Notes: generated by a model not told the origin, from the sequence alone. 64,000 bases of DNA from Octopus vulgaris (GCA_951406725.2 OX597832.1:32054001-32118000); one strand, 5' to 3'; counted from the first letter of the stretch, positions 1 to 13,446 are shown. Numbers and translations: made by a program.

Positions 1-145
1 AATTGGTATATGTGAAAATGGGGGCGGTGGTTCTAGGAATGGGTTGGTGTGAGGGGCGGGTAGATGTGACAATGGCTGCGAAACGTGTGGGAAATGAGGG
101 GACATGTGGCAATGTATTGAATCGTTTAGCGTTTATCATTTTATG

Positions 146-500
146 TTTCAGTCATGTGAATGCGGCGATGCTGGAGCAACGCCTTGAAGTACTTTAGTCG
201 AACGAATATTTATCCCCTTAAGCCTGGTTTTTATTCTATTGAAGTCTGTTGCCGAACCGTTATGTTACGGGGGGATAAACACACCAACACCGGCTCTCAA
301 AGGGTGGTGGAGGAGAAACAGATAGACAGACAGACAGACACACACAAGCAGACTGCATTCAGTTTCCGTCTACTAAATTCACTCACAGGGCTTTGGTCGG
401 CCCCAGACTATGGTAGAAAACATTCTGTCTTTGTGGCCCACACTGTGATTGAACCAGGAACTAAGTGGATGAGAAGCAGACATTTTCTCCACGCAGCCAT
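146..500 (-). mobile_element. tRNA-derived SINE: head + body + internal (CTGT/GT)n + LINE-type 3' tail
   Basis: Body matches copies at 27235-27397, 53455-53717 and 63640-63766 (ctcacaaggctttggtcggccc...gaacccggaacc); tail gtttcagtca...atgctggagc..cgcc matches 20436, 28463 and the LINE 3' end at 8531-8569. Confidence 0.75.
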
Positions 501-914
501 CCCCATGTCTATGATAAATGATAGATAAATAAATAAAAAAAAACAAAGAAAGAAAGAAAAGAAAAATAACGTGAAAGGACTCAACATTGTAATTCCATCT
601 GTTTACTACTACGTCCGATTTTGTCATGTTGTGGTATGTCAAACATCATAGCAGAAAACAATGCAAAAATGAGATAGAATCACTTGTTGTCATTTCTCTC
701 CCGCGTTCTAAGCTGTTGTTCGCAACAGGTTCTGGAAAAATTGATGGATTTTGCTAATCACAGAACAAAACCCGGTGATAAGTGAGGACTTTATTTCTGT
801 TTTAACGAGTTTTCTTTCGACTTGTCTCTACCAATTGCATTCACATTACTTCTACTATGATGTATTGTCAATTAGCTAGAGGAAAATGGCGGAGATAGCA
901 TAGAACATCAAGAA

Positions 915-986
915 TTCTTCTTCTTCTTCTTCTTCTTCTTCTTCTTCTTCTTCTTCTTCTTCTTCTTCTTCTTCTTCTTCTTCTCC

Positions 987-1043
<57 letters not shown>

Positions 1044-1083
1044 AATAATAATAATAATGAAATAATAATAATAATAAAAATAA

Positions 1084-1163
<80 letters not shown>

Positions 1164-1203
1164 AATAATAATAATAATGAAATAATAATAATAATAAAAA
1201 TAA

Positions 1204-1278
<75 letters not shown>

Positions 1279-1302
1279 GATAATAATAATAATAATAATA
1301 AT

Positions 1303-1362
<60 letters not shown>

Positions 1363-1370
1363 CATTATTA
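915..1370. repeat. (CTT)n-(AAT)n compound microsatellite with an exact 120-bp higher-order duplication
   Basis: 1021-1140 is identical to 1141-1260. Confidence 0.95.
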
Positions 1371-1583
1371 TTTCAAATTTTTACCACAAGGGCAGCTCGT
1401 GTGAGGTGGGGATGAGTCGACTACATCGACCCTAGTGTTTAACTGGTACTTAATTTATCGATCCTGAAAGTATGAAAGGCAAAGTCGACTTCAGCGGAAT
1501 TTGAACTGAGAACATAGCAACAGGGAAAAACACTGCTAAACATTTCACCGGGCTTGCTAGTGATTCTGCCATCTCGTTGCCTT
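1371..1583 (-). mobile_element. SINE, abundant family (core actggtacttaatttatcgaccccgaaagg...aaagtcgac...ggaatttgaac)
   Basis: Same core recurs at 39455-39625, 43583-43752, 48954-49570 and in degraded form at 2800-2970, 11200-11345, 50380-50580, 62915-63130. Confidence 0.8.
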
Positions 1584-1611
1584 AACAACAACAATAATAA
1601 TAATAATGATA

Positions 1612-2641
1612 ATAGATGCTTCACCTGCAAGATCATGCGCTGTTTATCATATGGTTGTGCTGCATGTACCTGGTGTACCCTTACCGGACGCGTAGTCATG
1701 ATGGGTGTGTTGGTTTTCGTACATTTTGCCCCAATGTTCATTCTGACGGGATATACATTGTTGAAGATATTATTGTTAGTTTATATGAAGGAATCTATTT
1801 TTTTAAATTCTAACTAAAATCTTCAGATCATCCGCGTAGAGCAAATGGTTAAATTTTCCATTATCCCTAAAATGGAACTCTGCCTTTGTCTTTTTTGATA
1901 CTAAACTGAGTGAGATTACACATGACGCAAATACTAAAATGGATAACGAGACTCTTTGGAAAATTCCTCTCTTGATAATGACTTTCTTTAAGACTGTATC
2001 ACCTGAGTAGAGATCTACTTCCCATTCTTTCCATTTCTTCGTGCTATGGCTAATCAGCTGCCTTATTTTGTCTGCAATACTGAATATTTCCAAACATTCA
2101 CATATCCATGAATCATAGGCTCTCTTATAATCTATCCATGCTACTGCTAAATTTCTCTTCGCTGATTTCACTTTCTTTAGAACTGCTTTGTCTATGTGTA
2201 ATAGATCATATGTTCCTCCAGCCCTCATCGTGCAGCCTTGCTGTTCTTCTGAAAGTAGATGCACGTGATTATCGTGATTGGTCTATTAATAATGTTTATA
2301 TTGCCCTTGTTTTGGTTTTTCATAAGGAGTACTGCTCTCCCTCTGGTCATCAAATTTGGTATAACTCCTCCATTCACGCAACCCTGAAATTGTTCTCTCA
2401 GCCTCCCATGTAAGTTTCTAAATTTCTTTAGACAGTACCCTTGTAGTAAATCTGGTCCTGGGCCCTTCCAATTCGACTTTCTTCTTAACACTCATTAACG
2501 AACGTCTTTTAATGCTTCTAATCTTTTTTCTTTCTTCTTTACTCATAACTTATTTTAACTCATCTAAAATCTGATCTTCCTCACTTAAGTTGTTGTCTTC
2601 AACTCATCTAAAATCTTTTCATCTTCCGCTCTTCTAAAGTC
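1612..2641 (-). mobile_element. Degraded RLE-type (R4/Dong-like) non-LTR retrotransposon RT fragment
   Basis: Frameshifted motifs NWKGPGPDLLQGY, AWIDYKRAYDS, KRGIFQ, NHLLYADDLK; (AAT)n lies on its 5' side. Confidence 0.85.
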
Positions 2642-2644
2642 TGA

Positions 2645-2695
<51 letters not shown>

Positions 2696-2800
2696 GTTGT
2701 TGGTGTTGTTGTTGCTGTTGTTGTTGTTGGTGCTGTTGTTGTTGCTGTTGTTGTTGTTGTAGTTGTTGTTACTGTTGTTATTACTGTTATCATCATTATC
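2645..2800. repeat. (ATT)n/(GTT)n microsatellite
   Basis: Direct inspection. Confidence 0.95.
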
Positions 2801-4442
2801 AAAGCGGTGATATGGTAAAATCATACGCCATCTTTACAGGCTGAGTTCGTCTTCTGCCAAGATAGACTTTACCTTCCATTCTTTCAGGGTCGATAAAATA
2901 AGCACCAGCTGGAGCACTGTAGGTCATGTAATCGACTTAACCCCCACACCTTGTGACAAATTCAGGAACATTTATTATTCTATAATTATCTGATCAGTTT
3001 TTAATGTCTGTATTTAGAAATAGATTTTATCGTGTACGAAAAAGAAAACAAAAGAGAAAGAAAAGAAAAAAAAGAGAAGAGAACAAAAGCAAAAGTTTTT
3101 AGGATATTTTCATACAAAGTGTATTCAGACATTGTGTTCTGTTCATGGAGAAAGTACTCCAAAACATAATAAAACAAATTGTACTTTTTTTACATTGTCT
3201 TATGAAATAGGGCACGGAACATCTACTAAAATCCTTATATTGAAAATGACTGTCTTTCCATATTTTTAATCACGACTACTCAACAAAACGCAGGTAATAC
3301 GAAACGAATAGTAAGTAAATAGAAACCTTTTTGCGATAAACTATTTGCAACTTGGGAGTAAAAATGTTTACAATTCCCCCGAGGAGATTATTAGAGAAGG
3401 GAGTTCCAAGAACAACTACATCAAACAATGCCCAGGTATAAACTAATGCACAGATATCATCCATCCATTTCCTCCACCTCTTATACCTGGGAGGATTGTT
3501 GTAGTTTAGTCATCTTGAGTTACCTGCCCCTTAGGATCCTCTCTGAAGCGACCATCATTACAGTTTGGAGCTGAATTCCTAAAGGCGAGTGACAAACAGA
3601 GTCTATGCGTATTATTGAACCATCTCGATTTCGACCTACTCCTAAGGATCCCAGCGGTTTGCTTGGCTTAAGAAATCTATTTAGAACATTATCAAATGAA
3701 AATGGAGAGAGAAAGTTGGATGACGAACCCATTCCATGTTTTGCAAACGTAACTTGCAAAAGGAAGAATAAAAATAATACTTTGGACATGGGATAATTCA
3801 ATCAAAAACAGACGCGTATAGAATTGATATTTAATAAAACCGGTGATTTTCTTCCTGGGATTCGCATGTAATATATGGAAAATAACTTATTTTTGCATAA
3901 CCAAGGCCATGGGTGACATATTTTCACAGTGTTACAACAGGTGGAACTTTCAAAAACGGGATGATTCGAGACTCTCCAACTTCTCTCTCTCTCCCTCTCT
4001 CTCTCTCTTTCCATTACACACATCCTGAGGTGATGACAGCCAGTAGACGAGTGAGACCATCACCAATAAATTATTTTATCCCCGATTAAAAAGACAGTGT
4101 CTGTAAGAAAGTGCCTGACAACGCTCAAATTGAAAATGAGAGTCAATAACTGCTTATCCATTCCCTAAAAGTCTCTTATCTATAAACCAAGTACCAGGTG
4201 TTATAGGCCGCTGTAAACACGTAGCAACTGAACTGAGAAGGAAAAAATTATTCGTATTATAATTATAAGAAAAAAACGGTAATTATGCGCTAATTAATTT
4301 AAACATCAATCAAAGTTTGCTAATAAACAATTCACGTTCGATTCCATCTACAGAATAATAAATGAAAGCCTGCAAGTTGTTTACCTCCAACACGGAGGAA
4401 ATTTCCTTTAAAATAATATATATATGTGCGTGTGTGTGTGTT

Positions 4443-4491
<49 letters not shown>

Positions 4492-4764
4492 GTACGTATG
4501 TATATAATCGATAGCTTTCACTGATAAATGTTTTAGAATCTAGCAGAAGAATCAAGAAACGGATGTAGAAAATGGAGTGGCTGTAGCTGGTAGAGCGATC
4601 TACTTAAAATAAATATACGTCTTCGAAAGAATTGTGACAACCACGGAGGGGAGGGAGTAAGTAGGTTGAACTGTCACTTGTGGGGAAAAGTAGTTGCTTT
4701 ATCGAACAGGGAGTTTTGTTTAAGTAGATAAATAGATAGGACAGGGTAAATAGTTTTTGGAAAT

Positions 4765-4808
<44 letters not shown>

Positions 4809-4966
4809 GTTGGAGAGGAGGGGAATGGAAATGAATAAATATTGACTGCAAGAAAATGAGAAATGAGTGATGTGAGAGGATCAAATTGACAGGTAACAAG
4901 ATCGATATTTATCTCCTTCTTGTGCACACATAATGTATGGGTGAGTGTGGGTATGTGTGTATATAC

Positions 4967-5027
<61 letters not shown>

Positions 5028-5172
5028 CACAGATACACAGTCACATACGTAAAGCAAACATTCGTATATACATATATGTATGTCTATATTAGTTTATACA
5101 CACAACACACATACACTCACACACATATATATATATGGTGCGAGAGAGAAATTAAAGAAGAAAGCGAGTTAA

Positions 5173-5213
<41 letters not shown>

Positions 5214-6907
5214 CAGACAGACAGAGAATAGTTTAATAGACATAGAATGTAAACACACACACATATATATAAACAGTTATATATACGCACACGTACACAG
5301 ATTTATATATATAGATAATTAGACTGAGCAATCGATAGATATATACCTGTCTATCAACATACCTACATTCCTACCAAGCTACCCACATACCTACATGCAG
5401 AGAGACAGAGGGACATACTTAGACAAATGAAATCGCTAGGCGAAGACTTCTTGAATCTTGCCTACTTGTTTTAATATTACGTTTCGTCAAAACAATGAAT
5501 TAAAATAAAAAGCAACGTTTGGATGGATATATAAGCAAAGGTATTGGCGGACATTTCAAATAATCAACTGATATGAAAATTTCACTGATTGCAAAATACA
5601 GCAAAAAAATCAGTAAATATTCTATTATTCCTTACAATGTGATATTCCGAGTATTTCCATGCATAATATTTTGTTTTCACGTTGCATTGAGTCGTGCGAA
5701 GACGATTCTTCATCAGATGAAACTCCTTGGTTGATGAAGGTTTAAGAAAAGAAAGAATTTCCTTCTTTCTGAGTATAGAAATTCTATTTTCTTATAAATT
5801 ATGATAGCTGTCTGTATGTATCAAACAAGTCCGATCATTTCAATAAAGTAATAATACTGAATATGTTTAGTCGGAGATCCAGAGGTGGAAATATCTGGAA
5901 TAGACGTTAGGTTTATATAGGATGACAGGTGTTACATAATGAATAAGTCGATCACACCTGTGCTGTTATATCTTCTTTTAAATTCCTGATATATTTAGAG
6001 AGTGAAGCAGTATGCTTCAGAATGTGTCAATGGATGAAATATACTACTGGATTCATATTCAGTGCAAGCTCCCTAACTTTTCGATTTAAGAGTTGTCTCA
6101 AAGGGAGATTTTTAGTTAGATAAACCAATGTTTTAGAAAGACATATGCTATGGGGCAGAATGGGCCAAGGGTGTTGCCATTTTATACAGAAGATGGTTTG
6201 CGCCTTCATTCTGGAAGATCGTTATCTTCCTATTATACTGATAATGGTTGCAGCAAAATATTTGGTCTCAATATATCTCCTTTGAACATATTTTAATTCA
6301 ATTTCTTATGACAGCAGCACCATTAGACACCTTGTACGATGCCAATGCAAAGGGGAAAAAAACCCGGTAATACCTCTACGAAGCCTTAAACCTTAGAACG
6401 CATACAAAAATAATATTTTCTTTGATTTGCGTCTGGGCGTGATATTGTTATTCTGTATGTAAAATATTGTGTTGCTGAAGTTTCTGCCTCTCTATGCTTA
6501 TTATAATAATGAGCAACACGGTTAAATGGTTTCTTGTCAGAAGCTATGATCCATACGAGATAACTAATATTATTAACTGAGATTTGTATGATTCATGTGG
6601 GATGATTGGAATACATAATATACAGCAATTTCTCGTTAGGTTTACTAAAATGTCAGCGTTTACATATATCTAACGACAGAGTCGTATATAATAAATTTAC
6701 TATATTTATGTCTGTGTTAACTTTGATCGTTAAATCTCGCTCCCTGACTCTGCTGATAAATTTATTCTCAACAGCATCGGTTGTTGAGTATCCATACTTC
6801 TTAATATGAATAGTACATCATCAAGGTAAACACTAAACTCTGCGAAGTAGAGTTTCTTTTGAAGTAAATCTAAATTATACAATCCTTTCAGTTCACAAGA
6901 CACTCAC

Positions 6908-7589
6908 CTGTCTGAAGTGCTACGGCGAGATCAAACAATGACAGTCCACTACGTTTAACCCGAAAAGAATTATCTTTGGCTAACAAAGATTCTCTGGCGT
7001 GCAGAATACCATTAATGGTTGACTCATAATTAGAATAAAACTTCCACCGTATTCAGAAAGGTTGTATCGAAGGGATTTAGCTACGGACGCATATAATTTG
7101 ACTAAACCAAACTGAAGACAGTTAGAAAGGAACCTATTATCTCTGCCATTGAACCATGCGATTTATGATAAAATGTTATTAAATAACGAAAGACAAGTGA
7201 CCCGTTTAATGTTTAAAACTATGGAGTGTAAAATGTATTTTTATTGTATTTAACCAGTATACGTTGACCGGTTTTGTTAATCTAGTTCTAGGATGCACTA
7301 CAACACTATGTTCATTTTCATTAAAAGTAATATATGATTCACGGAAATCTAAACATCCGGCTCTGTCATCTAGTTTTCGGTTGGTTTTCAGTAATTCGTT
7401 TTTCTTCTAAACTGACATTATGGTATTTGGTAGAATTAGTTTTCTGATAGCTTTTGGTGAATGTGCTGGAGAAATTTTTATGGTATGAGCGGTTGCCAGT
7501 TTCGGAGATATTCTTGTGGATGTGGTCGGAATAAAGACGGAAATCAGTAGAGTTGGATAACGTATATGCTGCAGAATGCATTGAGCCAA
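6908..7589 (-). pseudogene. Candidate disrupted exon of a secreted/glycosylated proprotein
   Basis: Acceptor tacttttcAG at 7590-7591 and donor CAG|GTGAGT at 6907; N-terminal frame holds six N-x-S/T sequons; final frame reads ...DNSFRVKRSGLSLFDLAVALQT; joining them needs about 3 frameshifts and 1 stop. Confidence 0.35.
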
Positions 7590-7763
7590 CTGAAAAGTAT
7601 ATAAATGCATACACAGGCGCATACACAGGGAAACACACGTGCACACTCATGAAGAACCACACACACACACACACACACACAAAAGTGTGTGTGTATCGAA
7701 TCGAATTCCCAAACTCACGATAGTAAGCTCGATGCTGTAACCACTAGCCATGCTGCGCCTTCA

Positions 7764-7831
<68 letters not shown>

Positions 7832-7993
7832 ATATATATATACGTATATATATAACTCACCGTCACTAAAATGTGACGAAGAGTACAGGGAGGACCAGCA
7901 TTGCTAGAAATAAGAGACAAAGGACATATTAGTAACAAAAGCACATATTTTATTTACTGACAGTGGAGGCAACTTCCCCACCGCAATTAAGTA

Positions 7994-8046
7994 GCGTTAG
8001 TTGGCACGCCAATTTCGCATTAAGTATAATGCTCATCACTAATGTC
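7994..8046 (-). ncRNA. Type I hammerhead ribozyme motif, degenerate core
   Basis: Minus strand: GTGATGA-GCATTA(TACT)TAATGC-GAAA-TTGGC(GT)GCCAA-CT; C3>G change and U16.1 lost. Confidence 0.65.
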
Positions 8047-8168
8047 TGGTCCATTGACCGCCGGAAACCTGAATCCAGCCCTGTCAGTATATAAAGATTT
8101 TACCATAGAAATCAATGGCTGATTCAGCAAAATAGTGACGTGAAAATTCGTCATTAATAATGCGATAG

Positions 8169-8220
8169 ACATCACTGATGAGCATGAAATGTCATGCGAA
8201 ATTGGCATGTCAATCCAATG
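8169..8220 (+). ncRNA. Type I hammerhead ribozyme motif, intact core
   Basis: CTGATGA 8175-8181; perfect 6-bp stem II GCATGA/TCATGC; GAAA 8198-8201; near-palindromic stem III ATTGGCATGTCAAT; AUC cleavage triplet at 8213-8215; stem I imperfect. Confidence 0.8.
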
Positions 8221-8364
8221 CCCCCCTGTCAGTAAACAGAAAATGTGCTTCGTTGCTAAAAAGTGCTTTGACTCTTGTTTCTAGCAATGCTGGTTCTCCC
8301 TGCACACTTCGTAACATTTTAGTAACAGTGAACTATTTCCTTTTTGGTTTTGAAGATACATATG

Positions 8365-8433
<69 letters not shown>

Positions 8434-8454
8434 ATATATATATGCACATATATG

Positions 8455-8485
<31 letters not shown>

Positions 8486-8507
8486 GTATATATATATATG
8501 CACATAT

Positions 8508-10341
8508 GATTGATTGATTGATTGATTCTAGTTTCAGCTTATGAGCTGTGGCCATGCTGGGGCACCGCCATTTGGTGTTGCTACTTGGTTTCACTTCATG
8601 GAGGCTTTCTAGCAACTGCTATTTGGTGCATGAGAGAGTTCGATGCAGCTGCCCTCATCTGCCCCTCCTGCCGTGAAGTTGGTTCATCTGGGACACCTGA
8701 CAGGAAGAGATCCAGCTTCATTTTAAAGACATCTGTATCCACCCCATGCAGGTCTCTCAGGTTCTTCGGGAGGATATTGAAGAGCTGTGGGCCTCGGAAG
8801 CCCAGGCTATCACAGAATCTTGTCCTACATCTTGATGGCAGGTTTGGAGTCCTAGGCACCACGCAGTGGCGCCCAGTTCTGGCATTTGCGTAACTCTCGA
8901 TGCCAAAGTTCAGGACACTTCCCTCCAGGATCTTCCAGATGTATATTATGGCATATATTTCCCGCCTACGTTCCAGGGAATATAATTTTAATCTCTTGAG
9001 TCTTTCCCAGTAGCTTACATTCTGCATAGAGGCTATCTTCTTTGTGTAGCTTCGTTGGATCGCCTCAAGTTCTGTGATCAACTTGACACTGGATGGTGAC
9101 CATAGCTGAGAGCAATAGTCAAAGTGGCTTAGGACAAGTGTCTTCCAGAGGACCATCATGGTTTCTTGTTCTCTTGTTCTAAAGGTTCTAAGAATCCATC
9201 CAGCCAGCCGTCTACATTTCATTGTCAGTTTAGCAACATGTACATGAAAGGTCGCGTCATCACTCATGTGAATACCCAGGTCACGCACTGATTGTGCCTC
9301 TGGGATTGCAATCCCTCCGGGTCCAGTGTATTCATTGGGTATTGCATTCAGTTTTGCATGCTGATAGTATAAAGCTTGAAACTTTCCAGCATTGAACTGC
9401 ATGCTATTCTTTTCAGCCCACTTGTATATTTCGTCCAGCTCACATTGCAGGTGTTTAATGTCCTCAGGGTTCTGTATTGCCTGTGAAACTTTTGTATCAT
9501 CTGCATAACTTGTGATCGTGGCTCTCTGCGTGGCTGAGGGCATGTCTGAGAGGGCCATTATGAACAGTAGTGGTCCCAGAACAGTGCCCTGCGGAACACC
9601 GCTCACTATTTGTGTGTTAATGGAGGTGGCCCCATTGGCTACTACCACCTGACTTCTATCCTTCAGAAAGTCATGAAGCCATTCTCCCAGGTTTCCAACT
9701 ATGTTGAGATCACGCAGTTTGTGACATATCATTCCATGATCGACTTTATCAAAGGCCTTTGCAAAGTCGAGATATATCACTTCCACATTTGAGTGGTTGA
9801 GCAGCCGTTTCAGCACCCAGTCATAGTGTTGTAGGAGCTGAGTTAAACAGCTTCTCCCTGGTCGGAAACCATGTTGGGTGTCGGGCAGCAAGTCATTCTC
9901 TTCAAGGAAGGTGATCAGCTTCCTTCTGACTATTCGTTCCATGACCTTGCTGATGTGTGAGGTCAGAGAGATAGGTCTATAGTTCTTGGCTTCCGCTCTG
10001 CTACCTCCTTTATGAATGGGGCATATTTTACCTTCCTTCAGTTTTCCTGGAAGTTTGCCAGCTGTAAGGAAGCTCTGAAAGAGGAACTGCAGTGGTCTTG
10101 CTAGGACTCTCTTACATGCTTTTAGGAGGATTGCCGGGAATCCATCGGGGCCAGTAGCTGAGTCTGTTTTCATTTCATCTATAGCCTTGGTTACATCGTC
10201 TTCCTTTATATCGATGTAATCTATCGTCGCCGCCTCTGATTTTATATCTGCAGTGGTAAAAAAGTCAGTTGGATTGGTGATTTGGAGATGCCCAAGGGGT
10301 GGAGTGAAAACACTCTTGAATTGCTCATTCAGTATTTTGGC
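8508..10341 (-). mobile_element. Young 5'-truncated CR1/L2-group LINE with (AATC)n tail
   Basis: Uninterrupted RT ORF, 3' stem-loop cagct-cata-agctg and (aatc)n tail at 8508-8527. Confidence 0.93.
8596..10341 (-). CDS. LINE ORF2 reverse transcriptase (N-terminally truncated; frame stays open 56 codons upstream of the ATG at 10173)
   Basis: [57 protein letters not shown] motifs. Confidence 0.95.
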   Translation of the reverse strand, partial: AKILNEQFKSVFTPPLGHLQITNPTDFFTTADIKSEAATIDYIDIKEDDVTKAIDEMKTDSATGPDGFPAILLKACKRVLARPLQFLFQSFLTAGKLPGKLKEGKICPIHKGGSRAEAKNYRPISLTSHISKVMERIVRRKLITFLEENDLLPDTQHGFRPGRSCLTQLLQHYDWVLKRLLNHSNVEVIYLDFAKAFDKVDHGMICHKLRDLNIVGNLGEWLHDFLKDRSQVVVANGATSINTQIVSGVPQGTVLGPLLFIMALSDMPSATQRATITSYADDTKVSQAIQNPEDIKHLQCELDEIYKWAEKNSMQFNAGKFQALYYQHAKLNAIPNEYTGPGGIAIPEAQSVRDLGIHMSDDATFHVHVAKLTMKCRRLAGWILRTFRTREQETMMVLWKTLVLSHFDYCSQLWSPSSVKLITELEAIQRSYTKKIASMQNVSYWERLKRLKLYSLERRREIYAIIYIWKILEGSVLNFGIESYANARTGRHCVVPRTPNLPSRCRTRFCDSLGFRGPQLFNILPKNLRDLHGVDTDVFKMKLDLFLSGVPDEPTSRQEGQMRAAASNSLMHQIAVARKPP

Positions 10342-10419
10342 ATGTCAATCCAATGCTACTGAATTGCGGTGGGGAGGTTGCCCCCCCCCTGTCAGTAAAC
10401 AGAAAATGTGCTTCGTTGC

Positions 10420-10421
<2 letters not shown>
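10337..10421 (+). mobile_element. Third partial copy of the HHR-bearing repeat, fused to the LINE 5' breakpoint
   Basis: Near-identical to 8202-8258 but retains the tactgaattgcggtggggaggttgc segment also present in the left arm. Confidence 0.85.
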
Positions 10422-10509
<88 letters not shown>

Positions 10510-10514
10510 TCATT

Positions 10515-10663
10515 TGAGAGACAGAACCACCTTCAACTCAATCAACACTGACAGGCTTTATAGCCGATCACTCTACAAAATGTAACAAATTTTTAACATT
10601 TTATGGGGTGGGCAGCTATGAAACCTTTCAGTGTTGATTGAGTTGATGGTGGTTCTATATCTA
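10515..10663. repeat. ~150-bp palindromic (fold-back) element
   Basis: agaaccaccttcaactcaatcaacactga...tcagtgttgattgagttgatggtggttct; inner arms also pair. Confidence 0.85.
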
Positions 10664-10801
10664 ATATTACTTTTATATATATACTAATTAACCATTGAGA
10701 GAAGTTCATTTTAGGACATCTAATTGGAATGTCTTTTTCCTGTGTACACGGAAGAAATATTCCCTAATAATTATAATAATCTATCTATCTATCTATCTAG
10801 C

Positions 10802-10857
<56 letters not shown>

Positions 10858-10888
10858 TACATATACATATACACACACACACACACAC

Positions 10889-10994
<106 letters not shown>

Positions 10995-11535
10995 ATGTGT
11001 ACATATGGTGATTATCTACTCCATATAAAGAGTTTGACCACTTCGTGTACCTACACATTAGCACCACCATGGAATCTGATGTGGCTTTTTTAGGTGTACA
11101 TATATATATATATGTATACACACATATATGTATATAAACATGCACTACATACAACTATTGAAGTGTGTGTGTATGTGTTTACGACTCCGAAGTATTCCAC
11201 GTGTATACGGGTAGGTCTGTCAACACTGAATTCAAATTGCTTCTAGATCGGCTTTGCTTTCTATCCTAACGAAATCGATAGAATAAGACTTTGGATCAAT
11301 GTATCGATTATGACATTGAAGGTTTCGACCCAATATGGCCGAAAAAAAATTGATGAATAAAGAATAAAGAATAAAGAATTAAAGGATATATTCTATGAGA
11401 AAGACTTTATCTCCCTCACCCATTCCCTGCTTCTTTGTATTTGAATGTGTGCCTATGTATACATTATATGCACACATGCACACATACACATACATACATA
11501 CATACATACATACATACATACATACATACATACAT

Positions 11536-11594
<59 letters not shown>

Positions 11595-11647
11595 TATTAT
11601 AGTCCGCTCGAACGGACACCTATATTAAAGTGGCTACAAATATTATA

Positions 11648-11752
<105 letters not shown>

Positions 11753-11758
11753 TAATTG

Positions 11759-11797
<39 letters not shown>

Positions 11798-12045
11798 AAG
11801 ATCGATGGTGAGAAGCATATTTATGCATGTCTGTGTTTGTTGGACTGTCGGTATTTTAATAGCAGAGGGAGTGAGGGGGGGGAGAGAAAAAGTGAAGAAA
11901 AAGGAGAGAAGAAGAGTTCGGTGGAGAGAGTGTGAGGGGACAGAATGGAAGTCACATTGTACTCTGACCACTGAGTGGAAGGCAGGAAGCTGAAAGCCTG
12001 TTGCTTGTTAATAGTATTAAGGTATACAAAAGCTAAGGGAAATAT

Positions 12046-12080
<35 letters not shown>

Positions 12081-12194
12081 CATATATATAAACATATATA
12101 TATACATATATATATACATATATATATATATGCATATATATATATATATATATAAATAGTATGTATCTATGTATATATATAAATATATATATTT

Positions 12195-12249
<55 letters not shown>

Positions 12250-12276
12250 GAGCATATATACATATATATATATATT

Positions 12277-12330
<54 letters not shown>

Positions 12331-13168
12331 GACATAATTACACATATGTACATGCCATTATACACTTACCTGCCGACTCACACACCTACCTACCTACATA
12401 CATACATACAATCATACGTATATACATACACACAAATAGACATATATACATATATACACACATACATATATCCAGAAACACACACATACCTATTCAGAGA
12501 AAGGAAGAAAGAGAGAGAGAGAGAGAAAGAATGTATGCACGTAGCATTGGTTTCTGAAAGACAGATCGATAGCTGAACGTAAAGATGGACAGACACGTTA
12601 ATCGGTGGATAGGGAGATCGATAGATAGACAGATGCATTGATTTGGGCAATGAATAGGGCAGGTTAATTGTGCGATAGATTTAATTGCTATGTAGGGAAG
12701 ATGGATAGATTGAGAAGAGAGAGGTTCATAGATAGATACATGCAAATACAAAAATTAATTCTCGGATGTTTTCATCGGGAGAGAGAGACAGATTGATAGA
12801 TACATAAATATATACACATTTGAGGTGACATAAATATTTATAAGAGAGATTACGAGATAAAGCGATCGTTACGTGGACTGATTGCTATATAATGGATATT
12901 GCTGTGGAGAGATAGAGAAGCAGATATTGGAATATTGATGGTTATGTAGAGAGGCAATCGGATAGATTTAAGGGAAGATATAAAGACGGAGAGAGAGGGA
13001 GAGAGAGGGAGAGAGAGGGAGGGAGAGAGAGAGAGGAAAGAGAGAGAGAGAGGGATTTATGTAGATGAAGGGATAGATAGAAAATCCGATAAGTAGATAG
13101 ATTAGATAGATAGACATATGCAGCGATACATGCAAATAATTTGGCACAGTATATATACATACATATAC

Positions 13169-13222
<54 letters not shown>

Positions 13223-13446
13223 GTATCCATATATATGCATGTATGTATATATATATATATATCTATATATATGTATGTATATATATATATATATACGCAC
13301 ATATATATATATGTGTATATGAATGTATGTTTGTATGTTTGTATATGAATTTGTATATATGCACATAATGTATGTGCATATGTATGTATGTGTATATATG
13401 CACATAATGTATATATATATATGTGTGTGTGTGTGTATAAAAATAT

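Larger units (their letters stand above)
7852..8336. mobile_element. Fold-back element: two head-to-head copies of an HHR-bearing repeat (probably Penelope-like pseudo-LTR)
   Basis: 7852-8047 is the reverse complement of 8167-8336 (roughly 80% identical by eye) around a ~120-bp spacer. Confidence 0.85.

Noticed and set aside
6140-6240. KGVAILY as an APE endonuclease remnant
   Set aside because: Single short motif with no other APE or RT motifs nearby
7105-7140. CTGAAGA-cagtta-GAAA-ggaacc-TA hammerhead-like string
   Set aside because: No stem II and only 2 bp of stem I; likely chance
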